DNA of 64,000 nt. Source: Azolla caroliniana (lineage: Eukaryota; Plantae; Polypodiophyta). The translations under genes and the position numbers were made by a program. Each line of letters starts with the position of its first letter. Position 1 is the stretch's first letter. The DNA lies in contig JBHGNT010000005.1 of the NCBI GenBank assembly GCA_043228905.1, forward strand, positions 8,370,001 through 8,434,000, read 5' to 3'. Positions 11,057 to 24,920 of the stretch are shown here, piece by piece. The notes under the pieces are model-generated. The model was not told the origin of the DNA and searched no databases. It was given only the letters and a program-made list of their open reading frames with translations.

Positions 11057-13899
11057 ACATGAAGTCTTAGTGCAGCCAAAGCTTTTGATAACCTAAAGAG
11101 AATATTCACGTCTACTCCTATTCTAGTTCATGCTGACCTAGAGAAACCCTTCATCATTGAGGCAGATGCATATGATTTTGCACTAGAAGTAACTTGTCAC
11201 AGATTGGAGATGATGGGAAGCTACATTTGATCATCAAAAGCAAGTCATCGTGGGGCCTGATTGGTTACCACTATTCATTGTTAATGCCTCCAAGGCACAT
11301 GAAGATTTAAGGCTTCGTGATTCAATCTGAACAAATATAATTTCTAATGAATTTGTTGAAGATGTATTGAATCAAATACTTTCAAATTGTGCTTCTTGTT
11401 CAAGCTCCAAGCACCCTCGTACAGATTATAACCAGTTTAGATGGCATAATGGTTTACTATTTCATAACACTCATTTGTACATCCCCAACTGTTTGTCTCA
11501 ACTCCAAGTATTGCAATATTGTCATGATAACCCAATGATTGGGCACTTCGGAATCTACAAAGCTTTGGAGCTATTGGTGGTTCATCTTCGTGAGTTTGTT
11601 GAGGATTATGCTCGTAGTTGTGATGTGTTGTGGGTTGAAAATTTTGTGACATCCACCATACAGGTTATTACATCCATTGCCAGTTCCTGTTGGTCCGTGG
11701 AAATCCATCTATTTGGATTTCATTAGTTAACTTTTGCTTCGAAGAGTTTTGATGTTGTTCTCAGTATAGTAGATTGATTCACTAAGATGACACATTTTTT
11801 CCATGCATGAAGACTATCAATAGTGAAGAAAGTGCACACATGGTTATGAGAGAAGTATTTTGGCATCATGGTCTTCCAAATGACATCATTAGTTACCATT
11901 GATGATGGGTTGCGTGTCTATTGTAGCTTAATACAGAGCAATGGACACTTGGTGTTGTCATTTCAATGTTAAGCAAGTGGTAGAATAATGGTGACATCTA
12001 AAGAGTATGACTTCTAGAGTTAAACTAGAGCATATGTTTTTATGTAAACAAAGAGATGGATGCTATATAATGATAGTATTTGTATGCAATCCCCATGACA
12101 TGATCCTTGTACTCAATGCTCATGGCATTTCACAAACCTTATCAAGACATCAGAACTAAATAAATGTGCAACAATACTTGATTGCCCAAGAATCAAATCA
12201 TAAAATTGTTTTGAAGTATCACATTGTCCGTATATAAGAATAGCCATCATTTTGTGATTAAAATTCATTTAGCTTGAATGAGTAGATGATCAAACAAAAA
12301 GTTTCAATCTTCACAAAGCTTAACGTTCACTTATATTTGTGTCCTAGCCTATATGTTTGAAGATTCACATGGGGTTTTCGTGCAGGTATAGACACCTCAA
12401 TAATGACCAATATCGAGAACCACAATTTACTCCCTTACTATTTATATATCAAATTAATAAATATTCTAAAACATTTTATGCCGTCGTAGTGAGTTGGAAA
12501 CATTATGCATGAGGAGAGGTTCCAATCCATCATATTTTTAATTATGTTTTGATGGAGTGAAGTAGATGGATGTAGGCAATGCCACAAGTGGGTTGATATG
12601 CACTATCTAGACATTTCATATCCATACACAAACACAAATAAATCAAGAACTTCCAAAATCATGGAAACTAGTAAGAAAATATGCCATTACCACTTTCTAG
12701 TTACCACACGCTCATAAACAAACAAAAAATAGTTTGGAAATCCCAAAAACAACCAAGTTCATGTCTCTACCACTTTCTAGCCACTAGGTTTCCACATAGA
12801 CAAAGGAGTCAAATCTCCCAAAACATCCAAACTAGTTGGAACAATTTCATGTGCTTGGCAAGAAAACACCTCACCATTTTTTCGGGTAAAGGGACAAACA
12901 AATGTTTCTTCCTTGTAAAACATGTGAGGAATGTTGTCCATATACTTAGAAGAACCAATGAGAACATGTGATTTTCTCCAAAGAAAGGAAATGGTTGAAA
13001 TGCACAAATTGCCACATCATGAATGGTAATTAAATAACATAGAATCAAAATCAATATGTAGGAAGTAAGGCACTCTTTAGTGCCGTGGTGCTTACAACCA
13101 AATTAGTATATTGAAAAGTGACATAAATGTTTGGAAACACCAAGTGAATGTAATTAAGATATTATTGTTTAATCTATAGATAGTATTGTTTCCAAGTTTT
13201 TATCATGATAATATTTATTATTTAGTGCACTCTTCATTCCTCAAATATGACTTCGACGATGAATCACTACATTCCAACCATTTCATGTGCTTGGAAACTA
13301 ATCAATACGTACTTATCCAACAATGTTGACTACCATTGTTAAGTACAAGACTCCTATTGACACTGAGAGGAAACTAGTCAAGATGTAGAAATGACTTGGT
13401 AGTTAATGAGAAAACACAAGCTGTGATCCACAATGCCACAAATGTAGAATAAAGATCACATTTTATGTTTGCAACGTTGAGTGTTGTGGGCAAATAGAAA
13501 CCTAATGCAAATTCAATAACTTGCAATGTTACAAAGGCATACAAGAAGAAAGGCACGTTAAATCAAATTGGTTGATGCTTGAAAAATTAAGTGTATGACC
13601 GACGAGTTAACTCAAGAGCGTTTGTCACCTCTACAATAGTGAGATTACTTTTTGACACATCGAATGATAAATATGTAAGATAGATAGATATTTTTAGTGT
13701 ACATAGAGAGGCTAATATTGATTGATCCATGGAACCTAAATACAAAAGTTATCTTGAGGCGTGTCTCCTTCCTAAGAAGGGATATTCATACTTTGAAGCG
13801 TCAAGTTTCGATGTGTGAATAAGGCATACATATGTGAGCTCAACCTTCTAGGTGTTCTATTTATTGTGACACTCAAGTCATCACCCCCTCTTAATATAT

Positions 13900-14000
13900 C
13901 GTCATAGCTAAATCACAAATTGCACTATATACAGAGCATGTAAAAAGCAAGTGATACTCATCCCCTACTAGGCCTTCATTGCATATCTTACATGCCCTAC
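13900..14000 (-). mobile_element. LINE ORF2 C-terminal CCHC zinc-finger relic
   Basis: RACKICNEGLVGDEYHLLFTCSVY, similar to EDEHHFTCKCPTY in the LINE near 54280. Confidence 0.6.
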
Positions 14001-14361
14001 TATATATAGAGGTAAAGTTGAATACGATCCATAGAACCCAACATTCGGGATTGATGTTTGTAATGTGATATTCTAATTTTTTCCTTTTAAGTTCCACTTC
14101 TTCCTTCATGGGTCCATTACTCTTTCCTCAATAACTACATAATTCATAGCATCACTTGAAAGCTCTATGAGATCTTCCACATGTTGGAAGGTGAAAGGAT
14201 ATTCATGATGTCAACTATTTTGGTAAAGTATGAGAAACAGAAATTCTAATACACAATGAAATCAATGTCCTTAATGTTAGGTTATCATTGTTAAGCTTGA
14301 CACAAAATCCACCCCAGACAATCCCTTGAAAAACATAATGGAGGTTGCTTTAGTAAATTAT

Positions 14362-14620
14362 ACATGCTTGATGTTTACAAAGCGAGCAAGCGAATGCAAT
14401 TCATAATTTAACTTGAAATTAGCATACACTAAATCCACCAAAGAATGTCCTTTGCAAAACATGCTTGATGTTTACAAAGTGAGCAAGTGAATGCAATTGA
14501 TAAATTAACTTGAAATTAACATACGCTAAATCCACTAAAGAATGTCCTTTGGAAAACATATTGAAGAACTTCCCGAGTTTACAAAGAAAGTGAACAAATG
14601 CAAGTGAGAAATTAACTTGA
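14362..14620. repeat. About 97-bp tandem repeat, 2 full copies plus a partial third
   Basis: ACATGCTTGATGTTTACAAAG...AAAGAATGTCCTTTG at 14362 and 14459; degenerate third copy near 14578. Confidence 0.85.
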
Positions 14621-15267
14621 GAAAGAAAATTTCATGGAGCAACAAAATCAATTGACGATAAATATTTTAAATGATGAAAATGTCTTGGGATGGATTGAAA
14701 CATAAACTGTGTACATAGTGAGCCAACATCCAAAGAGATTGAAGGAATCTTCTCATTCTCTTGCGATTGTTGACAACTTACAAGGCATAATGAGATAAGT
14801 TAACATAAAAGAAGGGGTGGGGGGATCTAGATATATTCAAGAGAAAGTCCCACACACATGACGAGCTAATATGGAAAATTCGAGGAATTTGCCCAATTTA
14901 ATAGTAAGTAGTGATATACATGATGAACACAAGGAAGATTTGCGGAACATGGCCATTTTAGTTTGATACCTACACAGGCCCCTTCATGTACATGATGATC
15001 GAAATAAGGAAGATTGAAGGAATTTGACCATTTTGGCAAGGTGGTTGAGAAGGCTCTTGATGTACATTATAAGGTAACCAAGAGAAATGCGACAACTTTT
15101 TAGTGCAAGAGTTGATAACTCGTCTTTGTTGAACAAAAGTTGGAAGACGAGAGGGGGGGGAAAGGGGGGTTTGGGATTACAAACAAACTTAAAAGTTGAA
15201 CGAAGGTCAGGAACTTTCAACCCTTAACACACACTAGTAGGAGATCGAGGGACAATTACGCCAAAAG

Positions 15268-17063
15268 TCACCGCTCCCTTCGACAAACCTTGAAACGAAG
15301 GACCATGTAACAAAGGAGGCGATAGAAGCAAATGAAGGTGACCATCATGAGGAGGGTACACCATTTAGAGATGTCTTGAAGGCCTAGTTGTGCGAGCACA
15401 TCATGGGACGTGAAGGTGCAGACTCCACCGGCCAATATCGGCCCAAAGCACTTATGGTCCGAGAAGGGCCCCGTGTTGTATTCATTGATGAGGAGACCAT
15501 CTAAGGGGTACTTAAAGAGAGAGATATAGTGCATGAATCTCCAATAAGGGGGCATGTCTTGCTTGGCAATAAAGTATCCAGAAAACAAGAAGAAGGCCCC
15601 CATACACCCTGATATGATAGAGTTGCCCATAATGTAGTCTGGGACAAGGGCCCCAAAGAAAGCCACAAAGGAGTTGGCTGTTAGGAGCACTAGCCACACT
15701 ATGAGGACAAAGAAGGCAAATGCCTCTGGCTCTGGGTTTAGGCCTACCAACCAATACACTGGGATTGTGAAGAGCAAGGCCAACAATAGTAGAAAGGGCA
15801 CAAAGATAGCAAAGTTTGCCACCAAATAGGATGAGATCCTATATGCCCCCCTTGATGTCTCCCTCACAAACACTTGCCTCTCTTGTAGGAATATGGGGAG
15901 CGCCTCCACGGTCGACGACAGGAGGAACGTGAGTGTGAACGCAAAGAAGCCGAGGCGCTCCGCAACTCCGCGCTCATTGTTACCCACGTTTATGTAGAGT
16001 GTCCCTAGAGCGATCCCTGCGAATAGGGCTTGCAATGTCCGTGCGGTGAAGAGCTCGTACGTGCGGAACACGTTCTTCGCGAACCGTCGCGACAATATGG
16101 CCACTTCGCTCAAGTGTCCGCGTGCGAACGCAGGCATGCTCAGGTGTGTAGCGGCTTCCCGATCCCCTTTTGTTGTTGGGCCGGACACCAGCATTGCATT
16201 CGGTACTCTCGGGGACATAGCCAGGTGGTCGATCAAGGGAATCGACCGGTCGGCTTTCTTGACGGGGCCAGGGACAACGGTAATGTATTGCATCTTTTGG
16301 GGCAATGGCAGGGGACCGTAGCTCGAAGATGCGATGGCCTCGATAGCGAATTCTAAAGCATTCACATGGGGGGGTATCCGGTGGCCCGACGCGATGAGCT
16401 CGCGCTGCATCGACTGTAATGTGCCGTGGTGCGCGACCATGCCATTGGCCAAGACCAGGAAGGAATGGATGAGCTGAATGATCTTGTACCCGGGCTGGTG
16501 TATGCTCAAGATGATGGTCCTCGACCTCGCCTTCGCCATGGAGTGTAGCATTTCCACCACATTTAGTGCGGACGCGCTGTCGAGGCCCGAGGTCGGCTCG
16601 TCGAGCAACAAGACCGCGGGGTCGTGGATGACGTCCACTCCGATCGAGACCCTCCTCCTCTCCCCGCCCGAGATCCCGCGCACGCTCTCATTCCCTATGC
16701 GTGAATCCCCCACGTGCTCCAGCCGGAGCTCGACCATTAGGTCCCTCACCCTCCGCTCCCTCTCCGCCCCCGAAGACGCCACCGAATTCGGGAGGCGCAG
16801 CTGCGCGCTGAAGAGTAGCGTCTCCCGGACCGTGAGGAGCGGGAATAGAGCATCGCTCTGTGGGATGTACCCGGAGATCCGTCGGAATGCGGCTACATTC
16901 ATCGGGGTTCGGTTCACGAGGATGCTCTCGGCCGGGCTGGTCGGCCGAATCTTCCCCGCCAGGAGCTCCAAGAGGGTGGACTTGCCTGCCCCACTAGGCC
17001 CAGCTATGGCCAACACTTGTCCAGACTTTGCTCTGAAGCTCACATTCTTCACTATCCATCTAC

Positions 17064-17095
<32 letters not shown>

Positions 17096-17451
17096 GTGGC
17101 TGCATTGTCACACATTTGCATGTCCTTACTATCATCATTGGTAGCTCTAATCTCACTATGGTTTAGTGAGGATGAGGTGACACTTAATTTCTTACAAAAC
17201 CTTGTTACTTGGTCGCCTAGGGACACTTGTGCGGGTGCTTTGTAGGAGAGGTTGATTGCTTGGATTTCGAAGGTATCGGGAACTAAATCCTTATTATTAG
17301 TAGTATGGTGAGGGTCGAGTCGATCCAGCATATCTAGCGCCATCTGGAGGGGCTTGCCATTGCCAATTTGATCAAGGCTAGGGATAACATGCTTATCATG
17401 AGGATCATTGCTCGACTTGCCATTCATGCATGATAGTGGAGCACTAGACAT
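15268..17451 (-). CDS. ABCG: ABC transporter subfamily G half-transporter (WBC type, Arabidopsis ABCG5/10/23-like), 727 aa, intronless
   Basis: Uninterrupted ORF. Walker A GPSGAGKST, signature ISGGERRR, Walker B LLLDEPTSGLDS, H-loop SIHQP, followed by an ABC2 membrane domain (ERQVFVRETSRGAY). Confidence 0.96.
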
Positions 17452-17764
17452 GGCTAAAGGTAGAGGTTGAGATAGATAGAAGTAGAGAAGAAAATTTAAC
17501 TACTTCTTACTACTCATAGTATGGGGTCTTTCATTGTAATATATAGAAGAAATATAAATTATAATACATACACACATGTTAACACCCAAGTGCGTGTTTG
17601 GATTTGAACCCCACACCATCTTGTGGATCCCCCTTTCTCTTTCTCAAAAGGATGTATTCCTCTCTATTTATTGTCCATGTACAATTAGACGTTCACGAGC
17701 ATACCTTAAGTTTACCCAACTTGCTCATGGTAAAATCCTAGTACACTCTTCTTAGTACCCACGT

Positions 17765-17766
<2 letters not shown>

Positions 17767-17809
<43 letters not shown>
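17767..17809. repeat. (TG)n microsatellite
   Basis: Direct reading; about 320 bp upstream of the ABCG start codon. Confidence 0.9.
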
Positions 17810-17813
<4 letters not shown>

Positions 17814-19494
17814 ATGTCATGAGCATTCCTTGGGTTATATTCTTTCAAATAGAACCTAACAAGCTTTTACTTTCATACATGCACACACATGGGCGACAAA
17901 CACTTTTGGCATGGCTTGGGGTAGTTAAGGACTTGGTAGTTTTAAAACACCCATAGGGAAAACTTACATTATCTTCGGGTCCCATGCATTTGTTGAATGT
18001 GTTTAAAATACACTACCGACAAACGGTAACTCATTACGTGAAATTAAAATGACAAGACAAGCCCTTTTGTTCTTGATGCCTTTAGGGTGTGCCATTATGC
18101 AAATAGGCCTTGTAATTGTCCAAGAGTTTTCTTATGGACAAATTTATGAAGTCGTGGAGTTCTTTTAAATGCTCCGCATTGGAATCATGCAGAAGCACCA
18201 TAATGATGAATGGCTTCAAGGTTATTAACTAGTGCAATGTTCATTTGATCTTCATGACCTTTGGTGATTATAAAATTTTGTACTCATCCAAACTAACTAT
18301 CTGCCCTTCTCATCATTATTCCCACAAACCAAGGGGAGGAGGAAATATGATTCTTCATGTGGGAATAAACCTTTTATATGTATTGAACCAAGGATATTGT
18401 CACTATCTTTGTCAAGCATGGTGTAATAAGGCTACCCCATCCCATTGTAATTATGTAGGCCTATTTACGCCCCTTCCAATCAATAGGAAGAATGGGTTTT
18501 GCGCTAGATTATTCATAAAAACGATAAGATTGTAGGGCACGTATCAAAGTAAATGGATACAACACTCTAAATGGAGTCGACATACCAAAAATGTTAGAAT
18601 AACTCTCATGCTATAATCTATAATAGGACAATTCACTATTATACGAATTTCACACATAACAATAGATCTTGGGAGTATTCCAACTTCAGGATTATTTGTA
18701 ACTTTGAGTCATATGTTTACTTATCGTCACTCAAGGTTTTCTTTTAAGTTGGAGTCTCTTACTTAGCATGTCTTCAAACAAATTCTCATAACAAAGGTCA
18801 CATTTTTTGTAGGGAATAAATAAAAAGAATTATCATATACATAGTTCATGCCTATGATTCAATGACATAGGCTACAAAATCTATTTCTATACATGTTATG
18901 TGTGCAGAAATTCAACATTTTGTCGACTTATATGGTGTCCATAATGCATTTCGATGTGTTGCTCATCGGCTCACAAGTGACTCTCTTTTGTAAACAAACA
19001 AGAAGATTGTAAGTTTTTGAAATAGCACATGCTAAGTAATGGATGGAATCTTTGTGCTCTTCAAACCTCGGTAGCTTGACCTACTTGTATATGATTGTTG
19101 AAGTTACATATCTTAATTGTATAAGATGAACCTAATCCTCTAGAAAATGTCCTAACGTAGATCAACTTCGAGTTTTATGATGTTGTCCAATTTAGAAGGC
19201 AACATATTATGTTTTGCAAATATTTCAATGTAAACCCATGAATTCATGAATTTGTATAATATACCTTAATTTTATCTTAATATTATTTCAAACACATGTT
19301 GCAACTATTCATGAAGCCCTATCTAATGTTGACTAAGGTGATTATGATAGAAAAACAATCTAGGTTCTTATATAGGCAATTTAGGTCATTTAGGCAACAA
19401 CTAAACCATTTTTGCTCTTATATGGAACTTTATATTGTTGGCATCAAAAACTTTATTCCTTTACTTATTAACTTACTTAACCACAATTTATACT

Positions 19495-20040
19495 CAAACA
19501 TATCATGTTCCTCATACAATTATCACTAAGTTTTGGCATAAAATCTGGAAACAACAACACACTAGGTGAATTACCACGTTCCAATGGCTATTAACACATA
19601 AGTCACTACCGGTTGGAGCGTGGCAGTGTGGGAACCTTAGCTCTCCTAATTGTGTGGCGTGCCCAAATGCAACAAAATCAATCTGACACGCTCTATGGGA
19701 CTGCCCAGAGAACCAAAGAACATGGCGGGGGGTTTCAATGGAAACAGTAGTGTAGATTGGTCTTCTCCAACCAAACTGTGCATCCCGTAATGTTAATGCA
19801 AGAGATATGTAGTGAAGTTGTAGCCACTCTAAAGAGCCAATATGAAGGCATCATGGGTGGATCCGATGGAGTTGAAAGACGACTAGCATTCATCCAACAA
19901 TGGTCGTACTCTCCCTTTCTTGAGTCAGTTGGCATCCACATAAGGTGGAACTATCGCGTCCCTACAGGGATTTGTATATAACACTCTCATTTGTAAATTT
20001 TTATAACCGATGGAAGGAGTTTTTTTGGGAAAAAAAAGAG
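19495..20040 (+). mobile_element. 5'-truncated, internally deleted L1-type LINE 3' end
   Basis: Reverse complement closely matches 33455-34230 (ITTFQWLL.HKS...HALWDCP; VFSNQT.HP.LLQEI; 3' UTR ending GGAAGGAGTTTTTTTGGGAAAAAAAA). Confidence 0.88.
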
Positions 20041-23000
20041 AGTCAAGACACAATCGACAAAAAGAAAAATAGCTTATATCGATGATGAATTCAAATTATA
20101 ACAACCATGAAATATTATTGCATGCTTGAATAGATTTCCTACAACAATACCATCATCTTACAACCATTCACATATTCTTAACATCCCTTCCTATGATCCT
20201 TCATTTTAGTTGATTATAACTACTTTAGTATGTACATGTCGTTTATTTAGATATTTATATAACCACTTATTGAGACTAGTTGTTGTCTTATTTCCTTCAC
20301 CATTCAAAACTACTAGTCCTTATAATTCCACGTGTTTTGTTTGTTAACCCGTTTGGCTTCACTATTTTGATGTAAAATGTGTTTTGGCCTTCTTAATACG
20401 AAGTGGGATGAGATAGGTATTTGTGTACCATGCTTCTTATTGATCGTCATGTTTGAGTGTTGGAAGCCCTTTGTATTTAGCCACCTAGGGGATTCTTGTG
20501 TAACAAACAAATGATCATTCATTCCTACAACCTACAAAACCTAGTAGTACATATATCTATTCAAATGAGCTTTAGTTATCAATTCTTAGTGAAGACTACC
20601 TCCTATACATTTCATTAAAATAAGAACAATGTTTTACATAGGGAAATACTCCAAAATACCTCAAAGAGCTATATTTCTCTCGGTGCTCTTGGTCAATCCT
20701 TTCTCAAGCAACGATACAATAATTTCATCCTCTTCCTCTCTTTGGGGTTGGCCAAATAATAGAAAATAATCAAGAATTAATGACAATTAGGAACTATTAT
20801 GTCACGAGTCATGTTTTGGTTCTTTTAAGTTGAGGTGAATGCCTTCTTCCAACTCCATGGCCTAATCAAGGCACTTTGTCTCACTACACCCAAGGAACAT
20901 TACCGTCACTATTTTGCATTGAATATCTACATGCAAATCCTTCATGACATTATCATCTTTCTATCTATTGGAAGAGCTAGATTTCAGTTTATCATTGACA
21001 TTTGTAAACACAATTGTGCATTTTACACCATATCAATGTATGAAGTTATTAAGATCCCTTTTTCCCTTGGGAGTGATATCATTCATTTTGTTATTGATAT
21101 GTAGAAACTAAATTGCGTGTTTACGCTATATCAACGCTTTCATTGGTAGCGTTGCTTTTTTTGTTTAGTTTTTTGTACCTTTTTCATGGCCTCTTTGTAG
21201 CTTGAAAATTGGCAATTTTCTTTCAATTGATTTTTTAATGCTTTCTATGCTCAATATTCATTTCTCACGTCAATATGCAAAACATTGTTAAGTACCTAAT
21301 CACTACTACATCAAATTTTGGCGCATGTGTTTATGGTATGTATGAATGCTTTATGTTTCCTTAAACCTTTTCTCAATGATCTTTTTGTAACCTATATGGT
21401 TGTAAACTTGTATTCATGGAAAGAGATGTTTGTATCACTATAATGCATGGTATCTTGTATAATTAAAGCTTCTTTTATTGACATATCCATATGCTTGTCT
21501 TTTGTTGATGTTTTATACCATCTTGATAGACGCAACTAACTCTATGAAGGCTCATTTCCAAACCATTAACCTAGTAGGAAGGACAAAAACTTCATATATT
21601 CACATGTGATTGAACATCGAACTTCTGGAGACATATGTAAAGGTTGAGCTTTGATTTATAATTTTAAGGTTATGTCTACATCGATGGAAGGGTGTGTCGT
21701 GATTGATGAATTACATCAAAGGATTTCCACCTACATGTGTATGTGAAGTATACACTGAATTTGCAATTCCAGAAAAAAACACATATCTCATAAAAGCATA
21801 CCATGATGTTTGCGACTTCAAAACTTCAACCTCTTTACTAATTACATCAAAGTTTCATATATTTACCTCCAAGTCACGCTTGAGTGATTATCAATATTAT
21901 TAAGCAATTTTTTTGAATGTGATAAAAAAGTAAGTGGTTCTTGATTTGATTGTTGCATAGTTTGTGTTAGTGGTGTTGAAAATGTCTAGATGCGTGCTAG
22001 AAGTTTTTGCCTTTTCAATAAACATCGAAGAATTTGGCACTCATATGTATTTGTAATGTCAAAACTAAAGGTTGGTAGAACATTCCACTAACCAATGAAA
22101 ATCGTTTCTTCATGAATCATATGTGATGCATCAATCATCTATATTTTGGGATAATTTGTTTTTAAAATATATGGACGTGAATCTACTTTAAATGAGAATA
22201 TGGTCATTAACATGGAATCTAAACTAGAACACTCCCTTGCTTTGGTAAATAAAAAATATGTACAACATACCTAGTACAATATTCATTGAGTGATCGCAAT
22301 CTCTTACTTGACCTTATCGTGAATGTTATAATCATACTTCGACAACAATATCGTAACGGATTTGAGCTTATATCAATTTATCCATTGAGCCATTATGGAC
22401 AAAAACTTATCGTTCGAACAACATGTGCACCTGACAAATTTCAGCAAAACAACTTTTTGTATGAGTAAATAATTGTTAGTTTATATTAAATGATTTTCTT
22501 AAGGAAGGGGGGGAAGGGAGTATATGACTCTATGAGAACCCATGACAACAAGAGAATGAGAGAAGTCCAAGACGACAAAGAAGGAGAAGAAGAAATAGCA
22601 ATAATACATAAGGTAAATGCTGACTTGTGGTGATGTTGGAATGATCAAAAAGAAAGTTGCATCCATGGTTGGGCTCGGTATTGGTGTAATTATGGAACAA
22701 TCATGTGGTCAATGGTGACTATGAAATGTGAGCCTTAGAAAACATTGTAAAAAAATGTTGGGATGTCCTAGGAGCCTTGGAATATGGAGTAAAAATGTGT
22801 GAAATGTTAAAAAAGAGAATGTGGCTATGAAGAAACGGACAGAGATGGACAGTCATTATTTGAGGCTAGAAATGATTCGATGGAGGTGAAGAGGTGAAGC
22901 CCGTGACTCTTATCTTTTATCTCCTTCTTCTTTTTAAACAAAAGACGAAGGTAAAGATGATTGAGAAGAATCAAATAACGCAAGGATGGAGAGGATGAGG

Positions 23001-24822
23001 TGAGAAAGATAATTTGTCACTTCACCCCATGCACACACACAACCACAAAGAAAGTATGAAACATTTTGAGCCTCTCATGATGAATCTCTTTTAACCAAAC
23101 ACAATATTTTGAAAAATAGTTGTACAATATTTTTAGCATACTCCCCAAATGCACCCGTGACTCCCTCTCACTCTCGGTCATTGATTCACTGTCATTTCTA
23201 TCCAACCTTTCACGCCTATTTGTTCATTGCATATCAAATAGTTGATAATGTTGTAAGGAATCCTTTCTTCTTCACCTAGGCTTACTCCACCATCCCGAGT
23301 GTGTCATGTTCCATCACTTTTGTCGTTTGTGGATTCATACATAAGACTAAATGCATTTGAGAAAATCTCCCCTAATCAATTGTTTCCCTCTATGCCTCTA
23401 GTTCTTGTAGTATCCTCTTTTCCCTTCTTAGCCCTGCGTAGTTGCATTATTTGTCCTATGTATTATCATCAACAACTCACTTTGTATGCACCATTTCACC
23501 CTAACAAAAGCTCAAAAAAATGCAATCTTGATGCCTAAGTTGCTTTAGATGCGACAAATGTTTTAATGTTTTTTGTGGTTCCCTTGGGTTAATGTGTGTA
23601 GTGCCTACAAGTCTCCATCCTTTTTATTTTTTGTAATCAATTATCAAAAGCCAAAGTCTTATGTATGTGTCCTCACGCCACTCCTCTCTTGTGAATCATT
23701 AATGTTTGGAACATTGGAATGGATATGATGGATTGATCGATTGTTTGAATGGGTATAAATTATGAACATGAGCATCACCAAAAAACATTGTGAGGACACA
23801 CTACAACGAGTGTTGAAAGGGAGATATAAATGCCCAAACAATCATGTAAAATGTGATGTAATTGTCAAACATAATAGAATTTCCTAAATGTGAATTACTT
23901 GTTATCTTTTAAATGTCCATGAACTTTAGTATTCAATAACCTGTAAATCCATAGTCACTTCAAACTCAATATATCACAACTTAAGTTTGTATTGTCAAGT
24001 ACAATAAAGGTTGCAACCTGTACTTGACAAAATAAATCTATAGTGTCATGTTAGTATACATACATGCATTAGTAATCAATGTTAACACAAAACTAGGCAT
24101 TTGTATGCACATCGATACGTTATATTTGTCAAAACCTAGATGCACCAATTCAAAGATTTTGTTTTAGTCGTATTTCAATTGAGTGAATTCTGGTACAATT
24201 GATTAATATATTACTAGTAACTACATATATGCTTGGCGTCATACAACATTTTGTATAGCTTTAACACATACAAGCATTAATGCACAAGGTGTCCTCACAT
24301 CAAATGATGGGTTTAGTGGAGATAATGACATGAAAAAGGGGTTTTACTCATCACTAATACCATATGCAAGTTTCATTGTAAGAGAAAACAATGTATCTAC
24401 AATTTCTAGTAGCTTGGAAAGGGGATGTAGCTAAAACTATGAGGACAAATTTTATTTAAATTATTGGCATCTACTACTATGTACTTAGTACTATCTAGCT
24501 ATTTAATTATGATACATCTACTATATACTATGTACTTGTATCTGCTGTAGTAGATACAAGTTAATGTAAATATGAGAATAGAAAGACACCTATATCCAAT
24601 TCATAAAATCACGACAAACCTTAGAGTAGTTAAAACTTCCTCCCCTCCCTCTCCCTCTCCCCCCCATTTCAACAATATTCATGCCAAGTCTTCTATGATG
24701 GAATTTATGTCATTAACTTGATAAAACGGTAAAAGCTTCAATTTCTTGATTATAGACGCCTTGCTACCAAACATGCTTTAACAAGATATGATGAACATTT
24801 TCCATGTTCATGTCCAAAAGGG

Positions 24823-24866
<44 letters not shown>

Positions 24867-24920
24867 ACGTGCACGTGCACATATACACACAAATAGATAG
24901 ATAGATAGACAGATAGGTAT
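24823..24920. repeat. (GT)n / (GTGCAC)n / (GATA)n compound microsatellite
   Basis: Direct reading. Confidence 0.85.

Larger units (their letters stand above)
7540..11900 (+). pseudogene. Heavily decayed Ty3/Gypsy (chromovirus-like) gag-pol
   Basis: gag PEKF...LAWFAPLL, zinc knuckle LCLYCGGLGHIAITCP (about 8200), protease LALPWFGLHNPEIDW, RT PIFFVKEKDGSL / GAYNLVR / VYLGGILTYSK / EFLGH, RNase H PFIIEADA, integrase fragments. Many stops. Confidence 0.88.

Noticed and set aside
16478-17245. 255-aa plus-strand ORF
   Set aside because: Antisense shadow of the GC-rich ABCG coding region.
17590-17630. B-box-like GGTTCAAATCC on the minus strand upstream of ABCG (SINE or tRNA?)
   Set aside because: No A-box or cloverleaf found; an isolated motif.
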